From assembly GCF_009914755.1 (NCBI RefSeq), contig NC_060929.1: DNA of 64,000 nucleotides; one strand, written 5' to 3'. Both the position numbers and the translations under genes were made by a program. The stretch comes from the human T2T-CHM13v2.0 reference genome, Homo sapiens. Positions within the stretch are counted from its first letter, which is position 1. The number at the start of each line of letters is the position of its first letter. The notes beneath the pieces were generated by a model, which was not told the DNA's origin, ran no database searches, and was given only the letters and a program-made list of their open reading frames with translations. Shown here in pieces: positions 1 through 12,820 of the stretch.

Positions 1-221
1 TCATCTGCAGAATTTACACCAATGCCCCACAGGCCCCTCCAGTTCTCAGGTCCTGCACCTGGGGCTCGGAGTTCCATCATTGGCTCCCATCATTCTTGGC
101 CTTTGGGCCCAGACTGAGTTACACTACTGGCTTTCTTTATTCTCCAAATTGCAGATAGCATATCATGGGACTTCTCAGCCTCCATAATTGCGTGAGCCAA
201 TTCTCATAATAAATCCCCTCC

Positions 222-279
<58 letters not shown>

Positions 280-316
280 ACCTACTGGTTCTGTTTCTCT
301 GGAGAACGCTAATACA
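1..316 (+). mobile_element. MLT2 (ERVL) LTR, 3' part
   Basis: Typical MLT2 3' sequence: gggacttctcagcctccataattgcgtgagccaattc...aataaa...ggttctgtttctctggagaac..ctaataca terminus. Confidence 0.85.
222..278 (+). repeat. (TCTA)n tetranucleotide microsatellite inside MLT2
   Basis: About 14 uninterrupted TCTA units. Confidence 0.97.
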
Positions 317-319
317 CTG

Positions 320-1550
320 ATAAAAGGGTCAGTACATCAGAAAGACATTAATATATTAAATGCAGATTGGCCCTATAAAACAGCTTCAAAAATGTAAATA
401 AAAAACTAACTGAAGCAAAAGGAGAAATAGACAAATCCACAATAATATTTGGTAATTTCAACATTCCTCTCTCAGTAATTGATAGAACAAGTAGAATGAA
501 TATCAGTAATTACGCAGAAGATGCAAACACATTATTATCCAATTTCACTTATTTGACATTGAAAAACACAACACACAACACCTAAAAAAATACACATTTT
601 TAAAAAGTATATGTGGAATATTCACCAAGAGATCATATACTGGGCTACAAAGTGAGGCTCAGAGAATTTAAAAGAACTAAAATCACACAGAGAACACTCT
701 CTGGCCACAAAAGATTAAATTAGAAATTAATAACAAAAATAGAGCTGGAATGTCCTCCAACATTAAAAATTAAACAGCACATTTCTAAATAACCCAGTGG
801 CTCAAAAATGTCAGAAGAGAAATTCAACAATATTTCAACTAAGCAATGATGACAAAACAGTGCATCAAAATTTATTACTTGCAGATAAAGGCACACTTAG
901 AAGAAAATTTATAGCTTTAAATGCTTATGTTAGAAAATATAAGTTTTAAAATCAATGATCTAAGCTTCTACCACCATAAGAATACGGAAAAAGAAGAACT
1001 GAGCAAACCAAAGTGAAGAAAAGGAAGGAAATAAAGATAAGAGCCAGAATAAAAAATGGAACCACGAATAGGCCCTTTGAAAAAAACAATAAAATTGATT
1101 AACCTCTAGTTGGACTAATGAAGGAAAAAGAGAAAGAGAAAAAAAATTGACGATATCAGAAATGACAGAAGGGATCTCATTATAGGTCTTACAGACTTTA
1201 AGAAGAAAATAAGTGGGTATTATCAACCATTTTATGCTAATGAATTTTCCAGTTCAGAGGAAATAGACAATTTCTAAGATACAATTTAACAAAACTGATA
1301 TGTAAAGAATCTGAAAATTCCTATAATCTACTAGAGGAATCACATTTTTAATAATAAAAAATCATCCCCAAAATGTGGATCCAAATGGTTGCAATAATAA
1401 ATTCCTTCAAATATTTAAGAAAGAAATACCAATCTTATGTAAACTCGCTCAAAAAATGGAGAAGAAAGAAACAATCCCTAACATGTTATAGGAGGCAAGC
1501 ATTACCCCAACGCTAAAGTCACGCGAAGACATTACAAATAAAAAAAAAAC
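320..1550 (+). mobile_element. Old L1M, ORF2 5' part (endonuclease region), degraded
   Basis: ggagaaatagacaaatccacaataatatttggtaatttcaac (GDFN-type motif), atttctaaataaccc, aaatttatagctttaaatgcttat; many stops. Confidence 0.85.
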
Positions 1551-1552
1551 CC

Positions 1553-2700
1553 CGAAATAGGAGAAAATCTTTATAACCTTAAGTTAAGCAAAGATTTCTT
1601 AGATATGACACCAAAGCATGATCTATAAAAAAGACATTAATAAACTGAACTTCATCAAAATTAAAAACTTCTGCTATGTAAAAGATACCGTGAAGAGAAT
1701 GAAAAGATAAACCATAGGCCATGAGAAAATATTTGTAAATCACATACCTGATAAAAGGACTTGGATCTAGAATATATAAAGGACTCTCAAAACTCAATTA
1801 TAAGAAAGCAAACAATCCAATTGAAAGATGGGCAAAATATTTGAACAGACATTTCACCAAAGAAGACACAGAGGAAACTAAAACTGGAAACAGATATGGT
1901 AATCCATGACAAAATGTTAGCATTTAGAAGTAAGCAAATAAGAACATAAAAAGATACCCTGCTTCCTTAGTCATTATGGAAATATAAATTCAAACTGCAG
2001 TAAAATACCACTATACTCTTAGTAGAATGAATAAAAATAAAAAGACTTTCTCTACCAAATGGTAGTGAGAATGCTGAGGAACTGGAACTTTCATACATTG
2101 CTGGTGAGAATGTAAAATGGCACAATCACTGTAGAAAACAATTTGACAGTTTCTTAAAATGTTCCCCTATCGTATGATCAAACCATTCTACACCTAAGTA
2201 CCTACTCCAGAGGGAAAAAGGATAGATCTCCATATAAAGAATTGTCCATGAATGTTCATAGCAAGTTTATTTATATAATAATAGCCCCAAACTGGAAACA
2301 ATCCAAATATCCATCAACAGATAAAGTACGGTATATCCATACAATGGGACACTTCTCAGCAATAAAAAGATCGAACTATTGCTACACACAGTAACATTGA
2401 TGAATCTCAAAACAATGATGCTGAGTTAAAGAAGCCAGGAAAAATACATACTCTATGAGTTTATATATATAAAATTCTAGAAAATGCAAACTAATCTACA
2501 GTGGCAGAAAGAGGGCTAGGGAAAGGGATGGATTACAAAGAGGCACAAGAAACTTTTTGAGGGTAATAGATATTTTCATTCTCTTAATTAGTGATAGTTT
2601 CATGTGTATATATCTCTCTATATATGTCAAAACTTATGTACTTGTGCATTTTATTATGTACAATTTACTGTAGGCCAACTATACCTCAACAAATTTAAAA
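1553..2700 (+). mobile_element. L1MC/L1MD-like ORF2 C-terminus plus 3' UTR
   Basis: agatttcttagatatgacaccaaa, ttgaacagacatttcaccaaagaaga, 3' end aaaattctagaaaatgcaaactaatctacagtg...tatacctcaac. Confidence 0.8.
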
Positions 2701-2734
2701 AGTCATTTTAAATAGATAACTATTTAAATAAATA

Positions 2735-3300
2735 TTTCTCAAAAATATACAAATGACCAATAAGCACATGAATAAATGTTCAATATCTTTAGCCACCAGG
2801 GAAACAAAAATTAAAACCATGAGAAGATACTACTACACACTCACTAGAATTCTCAAAAAGAGTGGCAATTGCAAATGTTGGCCATTATGTGGAGCAACTG
2901 GAACTCTCATACACTGCTGGTGAGAGTGTAACTACTTTGGAAAATAGTTTGGAAATTTCTTATAATACTAAATATGCACTAACCACATGACCCAGCAGTT
3001 CTACTCCTAGTATTTACTCAGAGGCAATCAAAGCATGTGTTCTCAAAAAGCTTTCTAAAACACAGTTCCCGGTAGCTTTTTTCATAATAGAAACTGGAAA
3101 CCACACAAATATCTATCATCAAGTAAAAGAATAAAAAAATTTTGGTATATTCACACAATAGAATACTATGCAGTGATAAAATGAAGGAACTACTGACATG
3201 CAATAACATGGATGAATCACAAGAACATTTTGCTGGAATAAGTCAGACAAAAAGGAACGCATACAATACAAATCCATTTATATCAAGTTCTACAAGGATA
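2735..3300 (+). mobile_element. L1ME-like 3' region
   Basis: caaatgaccaataagcacatg, ggagcaactggaactctcatacactgctggtg, aacatggatgaatc. Confidence 0.75.
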
Positions 3301-3319
3301 AGCCAACATATAATGATCA

Positions 3320-3422
3320 AGTCAGTGTGGTTATACAACATTGCAAATGTACTAAATACCACTGCATTGTTCATCTGAAAATGGTTAATTTTATGTTGTA
3401 TGGATTTCACCTCAATTAAAAA
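3320..3422 (+). mobile_element. L1MB-like 3' terminal fragment
   Basis: acaacattgcaaatgtactaaataccactg...aaaatggttaattttatgtt...tttcacctcaattaaaaa. Confidence 0.7.
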
Positions 3423-3428
3423 TTAGTG

Positions 3429-3727
3429 GGCCGGGCGCGGTGGTTCACACCTCTAATCCCAGCACTTTGTGAGGCAGAGGCCGGCGGATCATGAGGTCAG
3501 GAGATCGAGACCATCCTGGCCAACATGGTGACACCTCGTCTCTACTAAAAATACAAAAATTAGCTGGGAGTGGTGGCATGTGCCTGCAATCCCAGCTACT
3601 TTGGAGGCTGAGGCAGGAGAATCGCTTGAACCAGGGAGTCAGAGGTTGCAGTGAGCCAACATCGCGCCACTGCACCCCTCCAGCCTGGCAACAAAGCGAG
3701 ACTCGGTCTCAAAAAAAAAAAAAAAAA
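3429..3727 (+). mobile_element. Alu, full length (AluSc-like)
   Basis: ggccgggcgcggtgg start, two arms, gagatcgagaccatcctggccaacatgg, A17 tail, TSD approx. aaaa(t)ttagtg. Confidence 0.96.
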
Positions 3728-3925
3728 TTTAGTGTGGATGGCTAAGGAGATTCACTCTAAATGGTCACTAAGTAATCTTTTTGGGATGATTGAAATGTTC
3801 TGTATCTTCACTGTGGTGATGATCAATGGGAGTATATATGTGTTAAAACTCCTTGAATTATACTCTTTAAAATGGGTGCATTTTATTGCATATAAATTAT
3901 GTCCCAACAAAGTTCATTTAAAAAT
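3728..3925 (+). mobile_element. L1ME-like 3' end
   Basis: gggatgattgaaatgttctgtatct...tgggtgcattttattgcatataaattatgtcccaacaaagtt. Confidence 0.7.
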
Positions 3926-4039
3926 ACATTTTCTCAACTTCACTTTCAATTATTGGTGCTTAAGTGTCTCTTTTGGGCGATGAGAGATAAGAGAAGTCCG
4001 TGGTTGGGGCTTCCAGGACATCTTTTTAACAAGAGGCAA

Positions 4040-4385
4040 CTCTGCTGTCACGGACTTTGTGGCTTTTGTCTGTACTTCAGGCAGATGAGACCCTTGAAGT
4101 TGACTTTATCAACAGCTTTCCATGCTCTCTGACTGCTGGTTGGGTTTAGCCTATAGGAATTCCCAAGAGGAGATAAGAGGGAAGGTGGGAGATATTTACA
4201 CACACGTACTATTTTCTGCAAGGTCTTCAGTTGGCTTTACCTCTTAACAGAAGACCTTGGCTCCTCTAGAAACAAAGAACTCAATAGGACTTCTCATTTT
4301 TCGGATTCAGTAACCTCTTCTCCCTTCTTGATCCTGCAGGACCAAGGCTAATAATAATTTAGCCCCTGATTACTGCACTATGCTT
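4040..4385 (-). mobile_element. Old ERVL LTR (LTR33/LTR16-like) fragment
   Basis: ctctgactgctggttgggtttagcctatagg...ggagataagaggg resembles the LTR33 minus-strand motif. Confidence 0.45.
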
Positions 4386-5632
4386 TTTAAATTGAAGAGT
4401 AACAGGTATACAGAAAGGGCACTGAATGCTGATTTTTTTCACCCATTTTACCACCACCTAGATCAAGAAATAGAATGAATACTCAAAAAACACCTTTGGA
4501 TTCCTACCTCAGTCATTCCCCATTTTATCCCAAAGCAAACACCATCGTAACTTCCGATATTTTGTTTTTGAAATGTGTATAAATGAAGCAATACAGTATA
4601 TTTTCATTCTTGTAAGCTGTCCTTTGTATAAATATCTCACAATTTACTTGGTCATTCTATTTTTTATGGACTTTGAGTTGTTTTCATTTAGGGTTATCAT
4701 GAACAGTACTGCTATGAACATTCTTATACATGTCTTTTGGTGAATATATGTATGTGTTTCTCTTGGATATATACTTAGTAGAACAGTTGGATTTACTGTA
4801 TGGGTATGTGCAGTTTTAGTGGATTTACCCATTTTCCAAAGTGGTTGTAATAATTTATACTCGCACTGGTAGCATATGAGATTTTTAGTATCACAATATC
4901 CTTAACAACCATTGATATTTTTAGTCCTTTTAATTCTAGCCATTCTGATCAGTATGTCGTGGTATTCCATTGTGGCTTTAATGTGCATTTCCTGATAATA
5001 GAATTGATTACATTTTCAAGTACTTATTCTCTTTTTTGAAATGCCTGTCAAGTCTCTTGCCTATTGTTCTATTGAGCTGTCAGAGTCTTTCTTATTTGTA
5101 GTTCCTTATAATCTGATGTTAAGTCTGTTGGTAGTCACCTGCTTTGCTAACCTATTTTTCTACACTGTGTCTTGCCTTTTTAGTCTTTTAACTCCTTTTT
5201 TTGATGAATAGAAAAATTTAACTTTAATGTAGTCTAATTTATCAATATTTCCTTCTATGATTATTATCACCTTTTATGTCATTTTAAACGTTTTAACCTA
5301 CCTAAGGTTGTCAATATTTTATCTTATGTTATAGTCTAGAAAGTTTAGTGTTTTATTTTACACATTTTAAACATTTCATCTGAAATTGCTTTATGTGCCT
5401 GTGGTAGGGACCAAGATTATTTCTCCCCAAATAATTTCAAATTTTCTCCACACCATTTATTGAAAAGACCACATTTTCTCCATTGCTCTGCAATGCCATC
5501 TTTTCAAAAGATTGGCAATCCATATAAATGTGTTTCTGGACTTTATTATATTCCATTGATTTGTTTGTTTGTCCTGTATCCAATACCCAATATCTTAATT
5601 ATTGATGCTTTATAAGATATCTTAATAGATGG

Positions 5633-6010
5633 TGTTCTAGACTGAACTGTGCCCCCCTGCAAATTTATATATTAAAACCCTAACCTCCCAATGTGACAAT
5701 ATTTGGATAAAGGGTCTTTAAGGAGGTAAATAAGGTTAAATAAGGTTATAAAAGTGAGGTCCTGATGCAATAGGACTGGTATACTTATAAGAAAAGGAAA
5801 AGACACCAAGAGTGGGCACGCATAAAGGAAAGGCCATGTGAGGTCAGAGCAAGAAGGAAGCTGTCTGCAAGCCAAGAAGAGAGGCTTCACCAGAAACCCA
5901 TCCCGCCAGCACCTTAATCTAGCCTCTGGAACTTTAAGAAAATCAATCTCTATTGTTGAAGCTACCCAGTCTCTGATATTCTGTTATGGCAGCCCCAGCT
6001 GACTAATATA
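5633..6010 (+). mobile_element. MLT1A-family MaLR solo LTR
   Basis: tgttctagactgaactgtgccccc...cccaatgtgac...ggccatgtgagg...gttatggcagccccagctgactaatata. Confidence 0.9.
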
Positions 6011-7030
6011 AGTGGAAAATTCCTCTACTATTCTTCCAATTGTGTTGGCTGGCTTTTTGTGCTTTACATTTCTATATAAATTAAGAATTAGCTTTTCAGT
6101 TTCCACAAAAACAATCCTGAAATTTTTATTAGAATTGCATGTTGCTGTATATCACCTAGGAAAGAATAAACAACTTTACAATATTGAGTCTTTCCATCTG
6201 TGAACATGATATATTCCTCCAGTCACTTGTCTTCCTTACTTTCTGCTAATAAAGTTTTTTGGTATTGATGTTTTGACCCTCTGTACTTAGATTTATTCCT
6301 AAGTAGTTGATGTTATGTTGCTCTTATAAATGATATAACCCCCCAAATCATTTTAAATGTTTTTTATTATCATGTGAAGATATAAGTTCATTTTACATGT
6401 TAATTAGGTATCTAAACACCTTGCAAAATCACCTGTTGATTCTAATAGTTTGCCTATAAGTACTTTCATATTTTCTATGAAAATATCCCATTAAAAAGTT
6501 CCCTTCTACATGAAGCTTGCTGAGAGATTTTTTTTCATGCTTATTGATAATATAATTTTTAAAAATTCAGTTCTAGAACTAGCCTTTAGCTTTTTAGTCC
6601 ATTTACAATTAATGTAACTACCATAGGTTTATTTGTTTTATTTTGGGCTAGGAATGTATTTTTAACTTCTGAAATTTCCCTCTATTAGCTTGTAACTGAT
6701 GAATTATTTTACCATTTAAAAAATATTGATTGCACCAGAAATTGCAACATACATCTATTAATTATTAAAGTCTAATTTATATTAGCTATCTTACTACTTC
6801 CCCGAAAGTCTAAGAGAGCTTAATAACTTTAACTCCCTTAATCCCTTCCTTCTGTTATTTGTGTTATTTTTGTCCCCTGTTTTAAACTTTACATGACGTT
6901 ATTATTTCTGTTCATTTTTCTATCAACATACAACACTTTTCATTATGGTTCACTCACTTCTGTATTTTAAATGCATGTCTCTCCTTGCAATAAATTATCT
7001 CATATTTTACTCGTTTAAAAACATCTTTAT

Positions 7031-7336
<306 letters not shown>

Positions 7337-7769
7337 TTATCTTAAGGGTTATTTTATTAGATAGAGCATTCAAGAGTGGCAGTTGGCTCCTTTCAGCATT
7401 TTAAAGCTGTGACTATTGTCTTTGGGGTTCCATAATTTCATTTAAAATTCAGCTGTCCAACTGTTTTTGTTTTCATAGTAGTATGTGTTTCTCTCTATTT
7501 TTAAGATTTTGGTTTTCTTTTTAGCAGTTCTACTATGATGTGTCTAGGCATTGCTTTTTTTTTTAATTTATCTTGACTGGAGTTAATAACAGTTCTTAAA
7601 TCTGTAGTTCAATGGTTTTCATAAATTTTAGAAAAATCTCAGCTGGTATCTCCTCAAATATTGATATTGCTCATTACCTCTCTGTCATACTTCTTAGACC
7701 TCAATAAAAAATATGTTACTATGTCCCTTGTATCTTTAGGCTTTTTTCTTATTTTCTATCCTTTATACT

Positions 7770-8449
7770 TAGGCACATAGACCAATGGAAAAGAATAAAG
7801 AACCAGAAATAAACTCAAATACTTACAGTCAACTGATCTTCCACAAAGCAAACAAAAACATAAAGTGGGGAAAGGACACTCTTTTCCACAAATGGTGCTG
7901 GGATAATTGCCTAGCCACATGTAGGATAATGAAACTGGATTCTCAACTCTCACCTTATTCAAAAATCGACTCAAGATGGATTAACAAGCTAAACTGAAGA
8001 CCTGAAACTATAAAAATTCTAGAAGATAACATTGGAAAGAACCCTCTAGACATTGGCTTAGGCAAGGATTTAATGACCAAGAACTCAAAGCAAATGCAAT
8101 AAAAACAAAGATAAATAGCTGGGACCTAATTAAACTAAAGAGCTTTTTGTACAGCAAAAGGAACAGTCAGCAGAGTAAACAGACAACCTATAGACTGGGA
8201 GAAAATCTTCACAATCTATACATCTGACAAAGGACTAATATCCAGAATCTACAACGAACTCAAACAAATCAGTAAGAAAAAAACAAACAATCCCATCAAA
8301 AAGTGGGCTAAGGACATGAATAGACAATTCTCAAAAGAAGATACACAAATGGCCAACAAATATATGAAAAAATGCTCAACATCACTAATGATCAGAGAAA
8401 TGCAAATCAAGACCGCAATGTGATACCACCTTACTCCTGTAAGAATGGC
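7770..8449 (+). mobile_element. L1PB (L1PB1-like) ORF2 C-terminal segment A
   Basis: aggcacatagaccaatgg...aaatggtgctgggataa...ttactcctgtaagaatggc; ORF 7785-7997 gives ORF2p-like [15 protein letters not shown]. Confidence 0.92.
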
Positions 8450-8473
8450 ACTGGAACAGAGGTGTGTCTATCT

Positions 8474-9132
8474 CGTTTGGTTACATGAATAAGTTCTTTA
8501 GTGGTGATTTGTGAGATTTTGGTTCACCTATCACCCAAGCAGTACACTCTGCACCATATTTATAGTATTTTAGCTCTCACCCCCCTCTCCCTCTTTCCCC
8601 CGAGTCCCCAAAGTCCACTGTATCATTCTTATGCCTTTGCATCCTCATAGCTTAGCTCTCACATATCAGTGAAAACACAGATGTTTGGTGTTCCATTCTT
8701 GAGTTACTTCACTTAGAATATAGTCTCCATTCTCATCCAGATCACTGCAAATGCTGTTAATTCATTCTTATTTATGGCTGTGTAGTATTCCATCTTATGT
8801 ATATATACCACAGTTTCTTTATCCACTTGTTTATTGATGGGCATTTGGATTGGTTCCACAATTTTGCTATTGTAAATTGTGCTGCTATAAACGTGCGTGT
8901 GCAAGTATCTTTTTCGAATAATGACTTCTTTTCCTCTGGGTAGATACCCAGTTGTGGGATTTCTGGATCAAATGGTAGTTCTACTTTTAGTTCTTTAAAG
9001 AATTTCCAAACTCTCCTTATTGTTTTCCATAGTGGCTGTACTAGTTTACATTCCCACCAGCAGTGTAGAAGTGTTCCCTGTTCACTGCATCCACGCCAAC
9101 ATCTACTGTTTTCTGATTTTTTGAAAATTATG
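8474..9132 (-). mobile_element. L1PB (L1PB1-like) 3' segment B, inverted, no poly-A
   Basis: tttggttacatgaataagttctttagtggtgatttgtgag (L1PB 3' UTR, reverse complement) to ccacgccaacatctactgttttc. Confidence 0.92.
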
Positions 9133-9334
9133 AGACCATGCTATAGTGACAAATGAAAACCTTAGGTTAATAAAATAAATATTAAATACTCAAATTAAGA
9201 ATGCAATCAGTGGACCTAAAAGCTGCTGTACTATAACAGTAGAGAAGATTACTGACCAGGAAGTCAGGCCAATAAATGTTTGGTCCTGGGCCTCCTTCTA
9301 TTTTCAATTTCTACTTTTTCTCTTAATAACCACC

Positions 9335-9582
9335 CATGTGCATGGCTTTAACTACCATCTATACCTCTCATTCTGTTCTCTTCCCAAAACTCATGGCCTA
9401 TTTGATGTCACTCCATGGAGGGATGATACACAACTCAAAGTTAATCTTACTAACTTCTCCCATTAGAACATAAGTTGCATTGGAACAGAGGTGTGTCTAT
9501 CTTGCTTGCTACTGTATGACCAGTACTCATAACTTAGTCTAGAACATAGTAACAGATATGAATGACTATTTGTGGAATGAAC
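9335..9582 (+). mobile_element. L2 fragment including 3' end
   Basis: catggctttaactaccatctata; cattagaacataag...acatagta...tatttgtggaatgaa. Confidence 0.65.
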
Positions 9583-9799
9583 CCGAGAAGATACTCATAG
9601 CTAGATTGTACTTCTTTTTGCTTAGATGACTTCTGACTGGAATGGGGTTGGGAAGGTTTTAGGGGGTTTGGGATGGAGACAGATGGTGGGTTGGGAGGTA
9701 ATGATTCATCCTCATTCTTTGCTATCTATAAGCCTACATAGCAAGTCAAGCCTTCATCACAGGGATGCCACTCATATTTCCCTCATTGACACCATACTT

Positions 9800-10555
9800 A
9801 AACTTATCCAATTTACTAGCAATCCTATCAACTCTGCCTCCAAAATAATTGATCCAATATCTATTCATTTCTTTACATCTTCTCTGCTGTTGCATTAATC
9901 CAAGCCTCTGTCCTTTCTTGTCCACTGTGATAGCCTCTTATTGGTATTCTTGCCTCCTACTCTTATTTCCCTATCATTTATCTCCACACAGCAACCAAAT
10001 ACCTTAAAAATAACAAAAAAAATTAAGTCCTTGACCTACTTTAAACTGCAAAGGTTTCCTATTACACTGAAAATAAAGCTAAGTTTCTTACTATGGTGTT
10101 TAAGGCCATATATGGCCTAGCGCCTACCTTCCATACTGACTCTGGCTTCATCATTCTTCCCCTTGCAAACTAAGCTCTAGCCACACTGCTCTGCTTTCTT
10201 TTATGCTAACATAGTAAGCTCATTATTGCTTAAGGTCCCTTTTACTTGCTTTTCCCTCTGTCTAGAAGATCCTCTCCCCTGGTTTTTGTATGGCTGATGA
10301 CCTCATGTCCTTCAAATCTTTAGCTTCCTGGACCACCATATTTAATGGCCACTCAATCTTTCATTATCACACTATCCTGTATTATCTTCTTCACATTTTT
10401 TATAGCTAACTCAAGTTATTTTCTAGAATATTTTTCCTTTTATTGTCTGTTTTATTCATTACCATTTTCCCAGCATCTAAAATAATAGTGACCCATAATA
10501 AAATAATGACCCATAGTAGGTCCTTATTACTTATCTGTGGAATATCGCAGTGAAT
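9800..10555 (+). mobile_element. L2 3' region
   Basis: ctccacacagcaacca, ctctagccacactg, catagtaggtcct...tgtggaat. Confidence 0.75.
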
Positions 10556-10734
10556 GACAATGAAAGGAATATACTCTCAAGCTCTCATGCCACTGCTCTT
10601 CTAAATGTCATTTCTTTGGAATGAGTCCATGTTTATTTTTTCTTTACTTAAAGGGAAATAAGTAAAGTTTAAAATCCGTAATTTTTTCCCTATACCCTGT
10701 CTCTTCTTATAGAACTATTACATATTTCTTGTAA

Positions 10735-10912
10735 TAATAATGATTGTATATGTTCAATTGATCTTTTATTCCTGTCAATGTGCTAGATTATCTCATTTAT
10801 TTATTACATCAACCCTCTAAATTAGATCCTATTATAAAGTGTACTTTATAGATAAGATGTATGAGTTTTGGAATGTTTCCATTAGTTTCTCAAGACCACA
10901 AAGCTAACCAGT
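10735..10912 (-). mobile_element. MIR
   Basis: atctcatttattt...tttatagataag...tctcaagaccacaaagcta. Confidence 0.55.
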
Positions 10913-11160
10913 ATTTCATTTTACTTTCTCAAGTGAACTTTAGGAACCAGGTAATGATAAGATAGACTTTGGATAACTGATGACTGAAACTTTTTTAAAA
11001 CAACCCTTTTGGTAATCAGTGATGGTGGTAGAAGGAGGGAGGTGTGGGGTGGGGGGAGGAAGAGGAAGGGAGAGAGAACACTTCATATCATGACAGCCAG
11101 ATAAAACTTTGGTAGCAATCTCTGAACTCAGCTCATTTAACATCATTCCCAGAAGGAAGG

Positions 11161-11528
11161 TGCATTAGTTCGTTCTCACACAGCTATTGTATAAATAACT
11201 GCCTGAGACTGGGTAAATTATAAAGAAAAGTTTAATTGACTCACAGTTCTGCATGGCTGGGGAGGTCTCAGGAAACTTACAATCATGGCAGAAGGCGAAG
11301 GGGAAGCAAGGCACATCTTACATGGTAGCAGGAGAGAAAGAGAGAGAGTGAGGGGAGAAGGTGCCACACTTTTCAACCATTAGATCTCATGAGAACTCTA
11401 TCACGAGAACAGCAAGGGGGAAGGCCTCCCCCATGATCCAATCACCTCCCCCGAGTTCCCTTCTTCAACATGTGGGGGTTACAATTTGACATGAGATTTG
11501 GGTGGGGACACACAGCCAAACCATATCA
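11161..11528 (-). mobile_element. THE1D-like MaLR solo LTR
   Basis: tgcattagttcgttctcac...caggaaacttacaatcatggcagaagg...gggtggggacacacagccaaaccatatca; TSD gaagg/gaggg. Confidence 0.93.
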
Positions 11529-12069
11529 GAGGGACAAACCAAAGTCAGGTCATTCTCTCTGAATTCCTTTGTCTTCTGTTAGAACAACCCACTAATAAGT
11601 AGACTCTCAAGGCTTTGGGTTCAGGAAAATCAGAAAGACTGACTTTGCTTGACCATTTAATCTTGGGGCTTAGCTTGACATATTTATTCTGTTATCCAAG
11701 AAACAAAATTACATGCAAAGTAGAAAGTCATTTACATCTGCCAAGGAGTTTAGTTTGAAATAGGAGAGAATGGAAAGAGAAAAATAGTTAAGAAAAATCT
11801 TAGGAAGATAAACAACCTCAAAGACCAAGAGTCTGTCTTAATATAACTGCAAATGTTTTAATGAAAACTGAAGGGAAAAAAAAACAGTTTGGATGTCTAG
11901 ATAATTGATTAAAATTTTAATTTTCTACCTGGTTGTTTGGTACTATAAAAATATAATCATGCTAAATCACTTCACAAAGTGTTGTAATAAATGTTGCTTT
12001 TTCTCAATGGATTTTCTTAGAATTTTAGTGTTCTGTATTACTATTTTGTGTATAAAGTACAGTGATTAT

Positions 12070-12820
12070 TTTTTAAAATTTCCAACTTTTATTTTAAGTT
12101 CAGGGATACATGTGCAGGATGTGCAGGTTTGTTACATAGGTAAACGTGTACCATGGTGGTTTGCTGCACACATCATCCCATCACCCAGGAACTAAGCCCA
12201 GAATCCATTAGCTATTTTCTTCCTGATGCTCTCCATCCTCCCACCCTCCACCTTCCAACAGACCCCAGTGTGTGTTGTTCCCCCAATGTGTCATTGTGTT
12301 CTCATCATTGAGCTCCCACTTATAAGACATAACATGCAGTATTTGGTTTTCTGTTCCTGTGCTAGTTTGCCAAGGATAATGGCCTCCAGCTCCATCCATG
12401 TCCCTGAAAAGGACATGATCTCATTCCTTTTTATGGCTGCACAGTATTCCATGGTGTCTATGTACCACATTTTCTTTATCCAGTCTATCATCGATGGGCA
12501 CTTAGGTTGACTCCATGTCTTTGCTATTGTGAATAATTCTGTAATGAACATATACATGCATATATCTTTATAATAGAACAATTTATATTCATTTGGGTAT
12601 ATACCCAGTAATGGGATTGCTGAGTCAAATGGTAGTTCTGCTTCTAAGACTTTGAGGAATTGCCACACTGTCTTCCACAATGGTTGAACTAGTTTACCTT
12701 CCCACCAATAGGGTAAAAGCATTCCTTGTTCTCCACAACCTCACCAGAATCTCTTGTATTTTTGACTTTTTAATAATAGCCATTCTGACTGTGAGATGGT
12801 ATTTCATTGTGGTTTTGATT
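12070..12820 (-). mobile_element. L1PA (L1PA13-like) 3' fragment, 5'-truncated
   Basis: tacatgtgcaggatgtgcaggtttgttacataggtaaac; ORF 12291-12722 translates as ORF2p C-terminus ([10 protein letters not shown]...AIPLLGIYP...TWMELEAIIL). Confidence 0.93.

Noticed and set aside
3445-3745. Alu-derived ORFs here and at 7091, 27854, 36306, 46049, 49813, 54671, 62501 and 62819-63186
   Set aside because: Standard Alu reading-frame artefacts.
12291-12722. Longest ORF (143 aa) as a gene
   Set aside because: It is the C-terminal ORF2p remnant of a 5'-truncated L1PA, with no promoter or remaining ORF2.
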